64,000 nt of DNA from Okamejei kenojei (GCA_035221665.1 CM069148.1:26102001-26166000); one strand, 5' to 3'; numbered from the stretch's first letter, positions 1 to 13,800 are shown. Numbers and translations are program-made. Notes: generated by a model from the sequence alone, not told the origin.

Positions 1-544
1 CGGGCATCTGGAGAGGATCCTTGGGTGGATGATGGTGAATGGAAATAGAGTTCATATAGTGGAGAAGAGTTGGAAACATATTGGGTTAGAAGATGATTGG
101 ATAAGTATGAGAGACAATTGGTACACTTGGTACGTGCATTAGATGATTGGAGAGGGTTGTGTACTGGAGGGTAGATGATGATATAGATCAGCTGAGAGGG
201 GACACAGGAAAGAAAGGAACCATCTTGAAGGGAGCTACATGCCTCAGATATTCTGACTGTGACCCAGGCTTGGCCAGGGCCTTTAATTAAAGCTGGTGAA
301 GGTCTCAACCCATTAGTTAATACTAGATACACAGTATCTATGTTGCTTATGAGCTTCATATTGGAAGAGAAGCTTGTTCCAATGATATCGTTCATCATCA
401 CCTGTATTTTAAACATGTCACCAAAACAGTTTGTTCATTCAAATAATTCTGAGATCTTAATCATACAATTCAATGTCCTTGATAATTAAAAGATTAAAAT
501 AATGTGTCCTGAGGAAGATGTTTATCAATTTTTTTTTTGAACAG

Positions 545-685
545 ATTCTGGATGAAGTGGAGAGGAGGCGTGGAATTTCTACTGCTCTGGTCTATCCATT
601 CATGAGGAGTCTGATGGAGTCGCCTTTTCCTGCTCCTGGAAGGACCATAAAAGTCAAGACATTTCTGCCAGGAGCTGGAAATGAG
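545..685 (+). CDS. DENND2B: DENND2B/ST5 internal coding exon (first in window; gene starts upstream)
   Basis: acag|ATT...GAG|gtgag, 141 nt, phase 0/0; ILDEVERRRGISTALVYPFMRSLMESPFPAPGRTIKVKTFLPGAGNE matches the ST5 DENN region. Confidence 0.95.
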
Positions 686-1155
686 GTGAGTGGCTTTATA
701 TTAACGGGATATTCGTGCGTACTCCAAGAGAGATTACATAGATTCGCCCAAAGGTTTATGAACAGTCAGCAAGGGGCCACTAAGTGTGCAACATCGTTGC
801 ATGCCAGCAAATATATTGAATATTCCACTGAGTTGAGACACAAACATCTCAAAGCACTCACTATTGTCTAAAGGTGGTGTCTGAAATGGCACATTTTTAT
901 TTCAAAGTTTTGTGGTAAAACTGAGGTCTGGCTATGGATAATAAGACAGTAATTCAAACAAGATGTCCATTAATCGCAAATCATAAACAGAAAGCTGCAA
1001 TGTTTTTTGCTGAAGTAAAACTAGGAGTGTAAAAGGTGTGCTATTCCTTATATAACCATATTAAAAAATTATATTTGATATTAAATATTGGTTGTGATAG
1101 TTATTTAGAACCAGAAAGGATACAGTATCACATCATATGCATTATGATCCTCTGT

Positions 1156-1975
1156 AATTCAATTCAATTCAACTTTAATTTCATTGCACAGATACAAGTA
1201 TGGGTACAACAAAATGCAGTTTAGTGACAGTACGAAGTGATAGCAATATATAGGTAAATACAGATAAATAAATACAGGTGTGGAAATCTATCGGTGGGAC
1301 TCTGAATTCAGCAGTGTGATGGTGTTATTATAGAAGCTATTCCTCATCCTGCTGGGGCGGGACCTGAGGCTCCTGTACCGCCTCCCCGATGGTAGGAGGG
1401 CAAACAGTCCATGGTTAGGGTGGGAGGGGTCCTTGATGATCTTCCCAGCCCGTGTCAGACACCGTTTTCAGTGGAGGGCATCCATGGCAGGGAGCGGGGC
1501 ACCGATGATGCACTGGGCGGTTTTCACCACCCGTTGTAGTGCCTTCCTGTCTGCTACGGTGCAACTCTGTACCATACCGTAAAGCAGGTGGTCAGGATGC
1601 TTTCAATGGTGCATCGGTAGAAGTTGGTCAGGGTCAGGGGGGACAGGTGGGCTTTTTTGAGCCTCAGGAAGTAAAGGCGCTGCTGCGCCTTTTTGATCAG
1701 CTTGGAGGTGTTGAGGGACCAGGACAGATCCTCCGAGATGTGTACTCCGAGGAATTTGTAGTTGGAGACCCGCTCCACCTCAGTCCCATTTATATGGATG
1801 GGGGTGTGTCTGCCCCCTCTGTTCTTCCTGAAGTCAACAATGATTTCCTTCGTCTTCTGGGAGTTGAGGATGAGGTTATTATCGGCACACCAGGTTGTCA
1901 GGTGCTGGACCTCCTCCCTGTAGGCTGACTCGTCGTTGTCGCTGATCAGTCCTACCACCGTGGTGTCGTCGTGGT
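1156..1975 (-). mobile_element. Rex1/Babar-type LINE, 3' fragment
   Basis: ORF 1554-1958 GLISDNDESAYREEV..WCADNNL..KTKEIIVDFRK; (TTGAA)n tail near 1156. Confidence 0.8.
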
Positions 1976-2134
1976 GTAAGCCATTGATAACATTGTTCCT
2001 GTAGTATATGAGTACCAGAATACTTCCTAAATCTAAATGATGTGATCTATATCTAAATAAAAGTAATTGTCTGGTATATCAATTAATGTACCAGCAACTG
2101 GAAGAACTGTAAACTAGAAGATGATGGTGTTGAA

Positions 2135-3245
2135 CAGCTCGATATTCAACACCATCATCCCCTTTAAGCATCTTGTCAAACTGAAAGAACTGGAACGCTG
2201 GTCATCCCTACGCAATGGAATCCTCGACTTGCTCACTGCAGACCCTCAATCAGAATGAATTGGCAACACTTTCTCTTTGCAGGACATCAGCATAATGGCC
2301 CCACAATGCTCTGTGTTCATTCCTCTGCTCCATTCTGTCTATACCCATGCCTGTGAGCCCACACACAGCTCAAACGCCAGTTTAATTTGCCGATGATATC
2401 ATCAATTTTAACTGTTTAAGATGAGTGCAGGAGGGTGATCAATAATCGGATTGAAAGGTACTGGAACAACAATCTTGCTCTCAACATTAGCAAGTCCAAG
2501 GAGCTGATTGTTGACTTCAGCAAGGGCAAGCCAAGGTCCATGAAGCCCTCTTCATCGATGGAACAGTAGAGAAGAGAAACAAGGACTTCAAGTTCCCTGG
2601 GTGTGCATATCCCTGAAGATCTGCCCTGGACCCAGCACATTGATGCAACCCCAAAGAAGGCTCTTCAATGCTTCTATTTCTTCAAAAGGTTTACGAGATA
2701 TGGCATGACAATAAATACTTTATTGAACGTACTGATGTACTGTAGGGATCATACGAACTGGTTGCATCACAGCCTGGTCCAACAACTCGAATGCCCTAGT
2801 ACAAAGAGGCTGCAGAAAGCAGGAAGGAATCTACAGATCCCACCATTGAAGGAATCTACAAAAACCGCTGCTTCAAGAAGGCAGCTAATATCTTGGAGAC
2901 CCACACATCCTGGCCATGCCACTCACCTTGCTGCCACCATGCTGGAACCTTAGAACTGTTACCATCAGGATCAAGAACAGCATATTCTCAACAATCGCCA
3001 GGCTCTTGAACCACACTGCACGACACTAACTTCAACCCTACCTGAGTAAAAAACTATTATGGACTTGGTATTGGTTGTGCTATATACTTTGGATTGCACT
3101 ATTATAGTCTGGTAGCTGTGTAACAGATAATTATTGTTTATTGTATATTTATTTGTTGTTGCATTAATGTGCCTGTGGAGTTGCAGCAAATAAGAATGTC
3201 ATTGTTCTGTTTGTGATGCCTATGACAATTAAAATCTCTCTTGAC
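2135..3245 (+). mobile_element. degenerate Rex1/Babar-type LINE fragment
   Basis: RT C-terminal remnants (HIPEDLPWTQHIDA); approximate limits. Confidence 0.65.
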
Positions 3246-3289
3246 TCTGCTTGGATAACGGGCAAGCCAATGGCCTAAACATTGAATTT

Positions 3290-3606
3290 TAGTTTATTTT
3301 AGTTTAGTTCAGTTTGGAGATACAGCACGGAGACAGGCCCTTCGGCCCATCAGGCCCGCTCCAACCAGGCCCGATCCCCGCTATCCTACACACACTATGG
3401 CCAATTTATAATTATACCAAGCCATTTAACCTACAAACCTGTAAATCTTTGGAGGGTAGAAGAAAATTGGAGATGCCGAAGAAAACCCACGCAGGTCTCA
3501 GGGAGAACGGACAAACTCCGTACAGACAAGCACCCGTAGTTAGGATTGAACCAGGGTCTCTGGCACTGTAAGGTCGCAAGTCTACCGCTGCATCACCATG
3601 CTGCCC
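3290..3606 (-). mobile_element. tRNA-derived SINE (HE1/V-SINE-like); similar copies near 5190-5420(+), 44100-44270(-), 45075-45375(+), 60017-60310(+), 62150-62440(-)
   Basis: A/B-box-like head, conserved core gagtttgtacgttctccccgtgacctgcgtgggtttt, CR1-like tail. Confidence 0.75.
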
Positions 3607-3883
3607 TCTAATAGAACCCCCCCCCTCATGTAACCAGATCCTTCCCCCCCGTACAACTTTCTTTCCACTCTCCCTGCCACTGTCGCCCACTTCTGTTCCT
3701 CTCCTCCATCCGTGCACGCTTCATCCCGTCACAACGACATCAAGGCGGTAGATTAATTTGCCACTGCAGTGGGCCCAGTGTACAGGTGAAGAGGGGTTCT
3801 GTTGATGGGAATGTGAGGGGGTGGGGGGGAATAAAATAGGAATAGTAAATGTACTTTATGGTCAGTGCAGACTGAAAGCTTTT

Positions 3884-4022
3884 GTACTGTGCTGAATGAC
3901 TGCGTGACCAAGTCGCGTGATGATGCATGACTGCGCGACTGAATCATGTGACATTGCATGACTGTGTGACTCTCTGATGACTGCATGACTGTGAAACTGC
4001 GCTACTATGCATGACTCTGACT
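3884..4022 (+). repeat. degenerate 8-bp tandem repeat (TGACTGYR), an expanded retroposon tail
   Basis: repeated gactgcat/gactgtgt/gactgcgc units. Confidence 0.7.
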
Positions 4023-4095
4023 TTGAACGGCAGTGTCACATGTACCTGCGTGGCTCTGTTCTTCAGCAGTCTGACCACTAACGTTGTTGTTTTAG

Positions 4096-4244
4096 GTGAT
4101 TGAGCTTCGACGCCCCATGGACTCCCGGTTGGAACACGTGGACTTTGACTGTCTTTTCCGTTGCCTCAGCATACGTCAAGTTATCAGGGTGTTTGCTTCT
4201 TTGCTGCTTGAACGGCGGGTTATATTCATCGCAGATAAACTGAG
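4096..4244 (+). CDS. DENND2B: DENND2B coding exon
   Basis: tttag|GTG...CTG AG|gtaaaa, 149 nt; VIELRRPMDSRLEHVDFDCLFRCLSIRQVIRVFASLLLERRVIFIADKL(S); not present in the ORF track. Confidence 0.95.
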
Positions 4245-6876
4245 GTAAAATGGTGCATTTTATTTTGTTTTCTTCATTTGGGAGCACTAACACGGGCAGA
4301 ACCTACACGGTGCAGAGTTGGGCTCTGGGGATTTTTTCCCATATTTTGTAGCATTGAATTGATTTCTGTTGAATTCCTACCCAATGGGGAATTGGACAGG
4401 TGCTTCCTGTTGTGATTCACCCTACTTGAGTTCTTTAAAGTGATCTATCTGGATAAATTTCTATATTTCAGAACCTCCCCCCAATTCACGTTAATGTATT
4501 AACATTGGCATTCCCTGCACCATGAGCATTGATTGAAGGACTGTACACTGATATCTTTAGATCTTTAGTTCACGGAGGTCTACATCTGTGGCATCAATGT
4601 GGAGATGTTTCCACTAGTGGAAGAGTCTAGGACTAAAGGTCATAGCCTCAGAATTAAGGGACATTCTTTTAGGAAGCAGGTGAGGAGCAATTTCTTTAGT
4701 CAGAGGGTGGTGACTCTGTGGAATTATTTTCTGCAGAAGGCTGTGGAGGCCAAGTCCATGGATATTTTTAACGCAGAGATAGATAGATTCTTGATTGGTA
4801 CGGGTGTCAGGGGTTATGGGAAGAAGGCAGGAGCATGGGGTTAGGAGGGAAAGATAGATCAGTCATGATCGATTGGCGGAGTTGGCTTGATGGGCCGAAT
4901 GGGCTAATTCTGCTTCTATCACTTATGACCTGATGAATCATTCACCATTTGCAGGAGAGTTGCTAATCTTTCCCATCTGGTATTATGATGTTCGTGCTTT
5001 TAGTTGTTTTAAGTTACAAAAGCTAACAGGAAGTGGTGTAGTACATATTTATGGACCTTTCATTTTACTTTGCTGATAATTTATTTGATCCCGTACACAA
5101 ACAAATGAGTAGCCATTCCACTTAGAACCTAGTATGATGTGGACAATGAACAAATGATGCAGAGAGCAACAGGAACTGCTGGACCAGGGCTTAGGTGGCG
5201 CAGCGGTAGAGTTGCTGCCTTACAGCAAAATACAGCACTGGAGCCCCGGCTTCGATCCCGACCACGGGTCCTGTCTGTTGGGAGTTTGTACGTTCTCCCC
5301 GTGACCTGCGTGGGTTTTCTCTAAAATCTTCGGTTTCCTCCCTCATTCCAAAGACCTACAGGTTTGTAGGTTAATTGGCTTGATTAATTGGCATGATAAA
5401 TGTAAAAATTTAAAAAAATTATCCAGTATAAAATTGTCCGACTTCCAGTATATTCCCTGGTGGACTCTTCGGAAGCTACAATTTGCAAGACATCTGTTCT
5501 ATAAATAAGAAAAAAAAAGCAGGCTTTAAGTAGTGCAATTAGTAGACAGAAGAAGGGTCTCGACCCAAACGTCACCCTTTCCTTCTCTCCAGAGATGCTG
5601 CTTGTCCCACTGAGTTACTCCAGCATTTTGTGTCTATCTTCGGCATAAACCAACATCTGCAGTTCCTTCCTACGCTTCAGGTATTGCAGGCAAGGTTGAA
5701 ACATTGCTATTTATTGGCTCCTTGCTGATGTGTCCGGTAATGTTCAATGTTGGGACACATCGACCCATGAAAGGGGAGGATCAATATCTTGAACAGTTCT
5801 GACCAAAGGTCTCTCCACAGTTACTGTGAGTATTTACAACATCTTTTGCTTTAATACAGTGACTGACACGGTTATTTTGGATCTGCCATGGTTCAAATGG
5901 CCAGGCAGCTTCAGCTGACCAGCATCCTGCACTGCAACCAGAGGGCACCCATAGTCAGTGGCTTCTCAATAGGTTCAGGGCATTTTAATTTTACCCCCCA
6001 CATTTTGAGAAGCAGAATTTCTACTTGTAAGCACATGTGGAATTGGGTCTGAGAACAAGAAACGATTGAAGTTGTGACGTCTATTACTATTACACTATCC
6101 AAATGCATCGCCCTCCTCTGTTCTAATTGAAATCACTGATTGTTCCATCTACCCCATTTGCAAAGGGTTGTCGTTGGATTTTTCTTCTTAATAACCTGTC
6201 ATCATTGTAATAGAATATCAGGGCTTGAAGGCTCACCTGCCCATCCATTCTCCTTCCAGCACAACCTTTGTAAGCCTGCAATCTCGAGGAAATCTCGGCA
6301 TAGCCGTTCTGTGCCGTACACCTTGTGGTGGAGGTGAGGTGTCCCTGTTGCTTTAGTATCTGGACAATGGCAGCTGGAATCATGCAATGAACTGAGTGAG
6401 CAAGAGGGGATAAAGGCATGTGCTAGAGGTGAAAGGAGGCCATGGGTGGGTGGATAGATCAAGAGGAAGAAGACGGGTTTCTGAAGTTGAAAGAGAGACC
6501 AGTGAATATCCTGATCGAATTGACCACTGCAACTGGGGAATCTATGGAAAAGCATCCACCAAATTGCTGTATTATTTTTCTTCAGTCATGCTCAGGTTGT
6601 GTTTGGTACTAGAAAGGACTTCCTTTTATTGCCCATTACTTGCTGCCAGAGAGGCTGATGAAGCACCTTCCCCAACTTTATGACTTGCAAAGATACTTCA
6701 AAAGGCTATTAAATATAATCCACAACTATGTCAAAAGGCAAGAGTGTTTAATTGTCAAATGAGCCAACAATCGAACAATTAAATGTTGTACAAGAGCTAC
6801 CTATAAGCCAGTGTGAGAGTGAGAGGCTTTTTTCCTCTGGATATCAGTAAACCTGTGTATTTTTACATTAATCTAA

Positions 6877-7161
6877 AGGCTCTGTCCCACTTTCCCGAGT
6901 TACTCACGAATTCTCCCGAGTTTTCTACTTGATTCAAACTCGGAGAATTATGGTAATAGCCGGCGCAGGTACTCGGGGCTATTCCTTTTACTCGTGAACA
7001 TTTTTCAACGTCCCGATTTACCTGATGCTCCGAGTACCTACGGCTGGCATTACGAGCCGCTACGAAATATCTACGGACTCGCTACGGACATTCTCCGAGT
7101 TTGAATCAAGGGGAAAACACGGGAGAATTTGTGAGTAACTCGGGAAAGTGGAACAGGGGCT
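6877..7161. mobile_element. PIF/Harbinger-type MITE
   Basis: about 70-bp terminal inverted repeats (AGGCTCTGTCCCACTTTCCCGAGTTACTCAC...), flanked by TAA and TTA. Confidence 0.8.
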
Positions 7162-7384
7162 TTACACTTTTGCTGTCCATTTATTACTGGTAACAAATTT
7201 CTATTCCAGCATTTTTATAAACTGAATTCAAATTCTCAAACTCACATGGAGAGTATTTGAACTTGCATTCTTTGAATTATTAGGCCGGTCATCTGGATAC
7301 CTAGAGCAGGGATATATCCACTACCACCAATCTCCATATGCAAAAACATAAGAATTCACTAAACAAAAAGGATCCAATTGTCTT

Positions 7385-7940
7385 TGCAGGTGAGGCAGAG
7401 ATTCACTTGCACCTCCTCCAACCTATATCATACTGTATCTGCAGTTCCTAAGTGTCAACCACCACACCGGCGAGACAAAGCGCAGGCTCAGCGATCGTTT
7501 CGCTGAACACCTCCGCTCAGTCCGTCTTAACCTACCTGATCTCCCGGTGGCTCAGCACTTCAACTCCCCCTCCCATTCCCAATCTGACCTTTCTGTCCTG
7601 GGCCTCCTCCATTATCAGAGTGAGGCCCAGCGCAAATTGGAGGAACAGCACCTCATATTTTGCTCATACCCATCAGTATGAACATTGACTTCTCTAACTT
7701 CAGATAGCACTTGCTTTCTCTCTCCATTCCCTCCCCCTTCCCAGTTCTCCCACTAGTCTCACTGTTTCCGACTACATTCTATGTTTGTCCCACCCCCTCC
7801 CCTGACATCTGTCTGAAGAAGGGTTTCGACCCGAAACATCACCCATTTCTTCTCTCCAGAGATGCTGCCTGACCTGCTGAGTTACTCCAGCATTTTATGT
7901 CTACCGATTTAAACCTGCATCTGCAGTACTTTCCTACACA
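7385..7940 (+). mobile_element. Penelope-like element 3' fragment (GIY-YIG remnant plus pLTR)
   Basis: same sequence as the 22400-23125 copy in the opposite orientation; hammerhead-like motif at 7811-7843. Confidence 0.75.
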
Positions 7941-8596
7941 TGTAGAAATGTTGCCTTTTTAAATAACTGAGAACTCGGTCACAAGAAGTCTCCCAGAAAA
8001 TTTCTTAGCTGCAACAGTGTTTGATTGCTTGATGGAAAGTTTCTTATGAAGTAGATATCATCTCTATATTGTTTACAAAGCAGTCTAAACAAACACAAGC
8101 AAGAGGTCCTTCTGACAGCTAACTTACAGTTTGTTCCTTTACTCCCCATTTGTTTGTCAAACATGTTAGAAATTTGTCCTCGTAGAACATTCGTTAAATT
8201 AATGATTGAAATAGATAGCAGCATCTGGAACTCATCAAAGAAATATTTCGCCTTGGAGATGCAATGTAATGATTTAGTCATTTTTCCATGGTTTTCTTTC
8301 CACAAACTGTGTCGTTTGCTTAACTGTGATCAACTAATGGGGTTTTGGATGTTTATTAAAGTGATTTATGTTGATAATAAGTCCATTTCAAGGGTTGGAT
8401 GCAAAGTGCTGGAGTAACTCCCAACCCGAAATGTCACCTATCCATATTCTCCAGAGATGCTGACTGACCCGCTGAGTTATTCCAGCACATGAGTCCTTTT
8501 GTATGAACCAGCATCTGCAGTTCCTTAGTTCTACCTTTTCAAAAATGTCTTGGTAACTTGCTCAAATGTCCCTCAATGGAGACTACTGATAATAAA

Positions 8597-8774
8597 GGTA
8601 GATACAAAATGCTGGAGTAACTCAGCGGGACAGGCAGCTTCTCTGGAGAGAAGGAATGGGAGACCCGAAACGTCACCCATTCCTTTTCTCCAGAGATGCT
8701 GCCTGTCCCGCTGAGTTACTCCAGCATTTTGTGTCTACTTTCGATTTAAACCAGCACCTGCAGTTCTTACTAAC
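8597..8774. mobile_element. short Penelope-derived insertion with inverted pLTR arms
   Basis: 15-bp TSD actactgataataaa at 8582-8596 and 8775-8789; about 63-bp inverted arms. Confidence 0.75.
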
Positions 8775-9069
8775 ACTACTGATAATAAATGTCTTCAATG
8801 CGATTGCAACTCTGGAGTCTGTAAACTCTCTTGGGCATACTTTTATGTACTCGGCCCTGGATTAGTTTCCCTTTCCCAGTATTTACTCCTATTTATTATC
8901 AGCTCAGGAGGATCAATATGTTTACAGTTTCAAGATTTCAACATGCATCTACCAGTGACTACGCAAAATTTCCACAAGATGGCACAAGATGAATATAACA
9001 AACAGAACAACTAAGCAGTAAAATCCCCCGGAATCCTAATAATGTTTTAACTTAATGTTTCCAAATCCT

Positions 9070-9760
9070 CCATAACGATTTAGAGGGAATTAAATGTGAC
9101 ATCTCCAAGTTTGTGGATGACGCAAAGCTGGGTGGCAGTGTGAGCTGTGATGAGGATCCTATGAGGCTGCAGGGTTACTTGGATAGGTTGGGTGAGTGGG
9201 CAGATGCAGTATAATGTGGATAAATGTGAGGTTATCCAATTTGATGGCAAGAACAGGAAGGCAGATTATTATCTGAATGGTGTCAGATTATTAAAAGGGG
9301 AGGTGCAATGAGACCTGGGTGTACTTGTACATCAGTCACTGAAAGTAAGCATGCAGGTACAGCCGGCGGTGAAGAAAGCCAATGGCATGTTCGCCATCAT
9401 TGCGAGAGGATTTGAGTTTAGGAGCAAGGAGGACCTACTGCACTTGTACAGGGCCGGGTGAGACCGCACCTGGAGTATTGTGTGCAATTTTGTTTTCCTA
9501 ATTTGAGGAAGGACATTATTGCTATTGAGGGAGTGCAGCGTAGGTTCATCAGGTTAATTCCTGGGATGGCGGGACTGACATATGATGAAAGAATGGGTCG
9601 ACTGGGCTTGTATTCATTGGAATTTAGAAGGATGAGAGGGGATCTTATAGAAACATATAAAATTCTTAAAGGATTGGACAGGCTAGATGCAGGGAACGTG
9701 TCGGGGGAGTCCAAAACCAGGGGTTACAGTTTAAGAATATGGGGTAGGCCATTTAGGACT
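9070..9760 (+). mobile_element. CR1 LINE RT C-terminal fragment; further CR1 pieces near 4596-4930, 12750-13075, 15215-17390, 18090-19390, 34820-35420, 35640-35925, 42240-43690, 45790-46600
   Basis: RPHLEYCVQF...LGLYSLEFRRMRGDLIETYKILKG is a CR1 ORF2 signature. Confidence 0.85.
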
Positions 9761-10824
9761 CACTATAAGCTCACTATTTCAGATAGCTAGGTAATTGACA
9801 TTACAAAATCTGTATGTTCGCATTACTTTGTTGCTTTTACATTCATATCATTCCTTTATTGGGATTTGTATATAAATTAGCCCCCCCCACACACTTGTGT
9901 TGCACAAAAGAGTGGAGCAGTAGGTGTGACCACTAAAATGGACACAAAGCTGCCTGGGTTTTCTAATGACTACTTTGATCACTGACCTAGAACCACACAC
10001 TTCAGTGATGCATTAGATCGAACATTTTAGTTGCTGGAGAGCTGCTGCTACATATTTTCTTTGTGGCTGGCGCAAAGGAAATTGTGGCAGTGGTTGGGTC
10101 CCAACGGCGCTATGGGTGGGGACGCTGTAGATCACTGCCTTGTTGATCACTGGTGGGTGAAGATAAGAAAATAAGGCCTTATTTAGGAACTAACGGTCGC
10201 TGGAGACCCGGTCGCTGTGATCTAAGCAATTGGGGAGTTGGGACAATTAGAGGTCAACTTGATGGAGGAGTGTGGGGCATCGTCTGGGAGGATGAGAGAT
10301 TATTTGTTTGTGTGCTGTCTTAGCCTATGTGCTTGTGATGCTGCTCGCAACCCACATTTTCATTATACATGTAATTCAGGACCTGACAATTAACAATCCC
10401 ATCGCAATGAGTAATTATCACACCATGTCACCCTGAAATATAGTGATAACGGTCAGATGCTAGCACGAGCAAATTGGCATATGGGTGAGAAGATTAAAGA
10501 GTTAAATGAGTTGAACGTTCCAAGATAGGTATGGAAGAAGGAGGGAGCTTTAAGGTGGATAGGTCCCCAGGACCTGATGAGATCTATCCTGGGTTATTGA
10601 GTGAGTCAAGGGAAAAGATTGCAAGGACCTTGTTTTTTCTCTAGCCACAGGGATGTCCTGGAGGACTGGAGAGTGCCCATTGTTGTTCCTTTGTTTAAGA
10701 GGAGTAGAGACAATTGAGGGAACTATAGGCTGGTGAGACAATAGGTGCAGAAGTAGGCCAATTCGGCCCTTTGTGCCAGCACCGCCATTCACAGTGATCA
10801 TGGCTGATCCTTCACAATCTGTAC

Positions 10825-13800
10825 CAGGCCCGTACGAAGCTTTCCAAAAAGGGGGGTGGCATGACAGGATTACAAAAAATTTAATGTGAAATAATGTGCG
10901 CGCTGCGCACATCACGAGTGCGAAGCATGAAGTCCCTCGATGCCAGGGTCCAGGGCCCTGGAAGCTCTGGGGTTTTAGATGCTCTCTGATGCATTCTGAG
11001 CCTTATTTGCACCAAATTTATGACCAATATTTCCAAAGTTAACAGGAAACTGAGAGGTAGCTTTTTCACACTGGGTGCTGGGTGTATTAAACGAGCTGCC
11101 AGAGGAGGTAGTTAAGGCTGGGACTATCCTAATGTTTAAGAGACATTTGGACACGTACATGGATAGGACAGATTTAGATGGATATGGGCCAAACGTGTGT
11201 GAGTGGGACTAGTTTAGATGGGACATGTTGGTCGGTGTGGGCAAGTTGGGCTGAAGGGCCTGTTTCCACACTGCATCATTCTATGACTAAAAAGTTAAGA
11301 AGAAAAATGCACGTACATAAGTAGAGCACATTTGAAAGAGGAGTGAAATGTAAAGGCAGAGAGAGGTTTATGGGTGGAAAGGAACATAGGAAAGGAGGGG
11401 GGAGAGTGGGCTTGGGCAGATGGGTGAAGGGAAAATAGACACAAAGTGCTGGAGTAACTCAGTGGGTCAGGCAGCATCTGCGGAGAATATGAATAGGCGA
11501 CATTTCACAGAGTGCTGGAGTAACTCAGCGGGTCAGGCAGCATCTCTGGAGAACATGGATAGATGACATGTCACAGAGTGCTGGAGTAACTCAGTAAGTG
11601 AGGCAGCATCTCTGGAGAAAAGGTATAGATTATATTTCGGGTCAAGAGCGTTCTTCAGTAATATTCATGATGTGACATACATAGACATTCCTGAATGTTA
11701 CCCAAACCATCGTTGGCTACTTTGTTACGGTGCTTGCCCTCTCCTATAACGTCTCTGCTGCCTTGGGTGATGCAGGACAGGACACAAGCTTTGGGACACG
11801 GTGTGAAGCTGTTGCCATCTGTCCCAGCCTAGCGAAAAATCTGGATGGAGGGGATGTGGAGAGGATGTTTCCACTAGTGGGAGAGTCTAGGACCAGTGGC
11901 CACAGCCTCGGAATTAAAATACATTCCTCTAGGAAGGAGATGAGCAGGAATTTCTTATGTCAGAGAGTGGTGAACTGTGGAATTCATTGCAACAGACAGA
12001 TGTGGTGGTCAAATCAATGGACATTTTTCAGGAGGAGATTGATAGATTCTTGATTGATAGGGGTGTCAGAGGTAATGGGGAGAAGGCAGGAGAATGGGTT
12101 TGAGAGGGAAAGATAGATAGAGTCATAGAGTGATACAGTGTGGAAACAGGCCCTTCAGCCCAGCATGTCCCATCTGTACTAGCCCCACCTGCCCACGTTT
12201 GATCCATGTCTCTCCGAACGTGTCCTATCCATGTACCTGTCTAACTGTTTCTTAACTGTTGCGATAGTCCCCTCCTCAACTACCTCCTCTGGCAGCTTGT
12301 TCCATATATCTACCACCCTTTGTGTGAAAAACATATCCCTCAGATTCCTATTAAATCTTTTGCCCTTCACCTTAAATTTATGTCCTCTGCTCCTCGATTC
12401 ACCTACTCTGGGCAAAAGACTCAACCATATCTATTCAAATCATGATTTTATACACGTCTATTAGATCATCCCTCATCCTCCTGTGCTCCATGAAATAGAT
12501 TCCCAGCCTACTCAACCTCTCCCTATAGTTCTGGCCCTCTAGTCCTGGCAACATCCTAGTAAATCTTCACTGTACCCTTTCCAGTTTGATGGCATCTTTC
12601 CTATAACATGGTGCCCAGAACTGAACACAATACTCTGAATGTGGCCTCACCACCTTCTTATGCAACTGCAACATGACCTTCCAACCTCTATACTCAGCCT
12701 GACCCGCTGAGTTGCTCCAGCACTCTGTGAAACGTCACAGAACAGGGCAAGATTGGCAAGTTTGCTGATGATACAGAAGTGAGTGGTTTTGCATATAGTG
12801 AAGATGGTTGTGAAAGATTGCAGCAGGATCTGGATCGATTAGCCAGGTGAGCAGAGGAATGGTTGCATGGTTCCTTGAAGGTCTTGTCGCAGGTATATCA
12901 GGTGGTCAAAACGTATTTTGGCACTTTGGCCTTCATCAGTCAGAGTATTGAGTATAGAAGTTGGGAGGTCATGTTGCAGTTGTATAAGACGTTGGTGAGA
13001 CCGCATTTAGAATATTGTGTTCAGTTCTGGGCCCCATGTTATAGGAAAGATGTCAAACTGAAAAGAGTACAGAGATCCCCATCCTGGATCAGTCCAATCA
13101 CGGTTGTGTTGTCCGCAAACTTGAGAAGCTTGACAGAGGTGTCTGTGGAGGTGCAGTCATGGGTGTGGCGAGAATAGAGGAGAGGGGACAGTACGCATCT
13201 TGCGGTGCTCCTATGCTGAGCATTTGTGGGTCCGAAATATGCTTTCCCGTCTCACATGTTGCTTCCTGTCTGTCAGAAAGCTGGTGATCCACCGACGGAG
13301 GGGTTCAGGCTCAGTCAATTAAGAAGGTTTGGAGCGTAGTAGCTCTGGCACCTGGCGGTCTAGGTGCTGGAAGATGAAGTGTAGGCCCAGGTTGACTGCG
13401 TCATTCACAGATCTATTGGCCCAATATGCAAAATGCAGAGGGTCCAGCAGAGGGATCGTGATATTTTTCAGCTTGGCCAGCACAAGCCTTTCAACGGTCT
13501 TCATGACTACAGAGGTCAGTGCAACAAGCCTGTAGTCATTAAGACCAGTAATCCTTACCTTTTTGGGTACAGGGACAATGGTGGAGACTTTGAAGCAGGC
13601 AGGGACTGGTTAAAAATGAGTAATTGGGTGTGAAGTGTTGGTTGGGGTGGGAAAGGGTCCACTCTTTTCATACTGGAGTCTTGCCTTAAGTAGGTGTGAA
13701 GTGGTGAATGGGAAGGAGAGAGTGCAGGGTCCATTCTTTGCAGACTGGTGTCTGGCTGTGTTTGTTGGGGAGGGGGTACCAGGGTTACTTTCTGATTTTC

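Noticed and set aside
518-871. ORF-track proteins 518-871, 17582-17854, 27074-27505, 47934-48194, 60775-61149 and 61851-62384 as whole genes
   Set aside because: Each is a real exon plus intronic read-through; the splice sites define shorter coding segments
3530-3606. tRNA-like sequences at SINE heads
   Set aside because: No complete cloverleaf; they run directly into the SINE core
11440-11640. Three direct repeats of about 65-70 bp resembling an array
   Set aside because: Tandem duplication of the Penelope pLTR segment; no unique spacers, so not CRISPR-like
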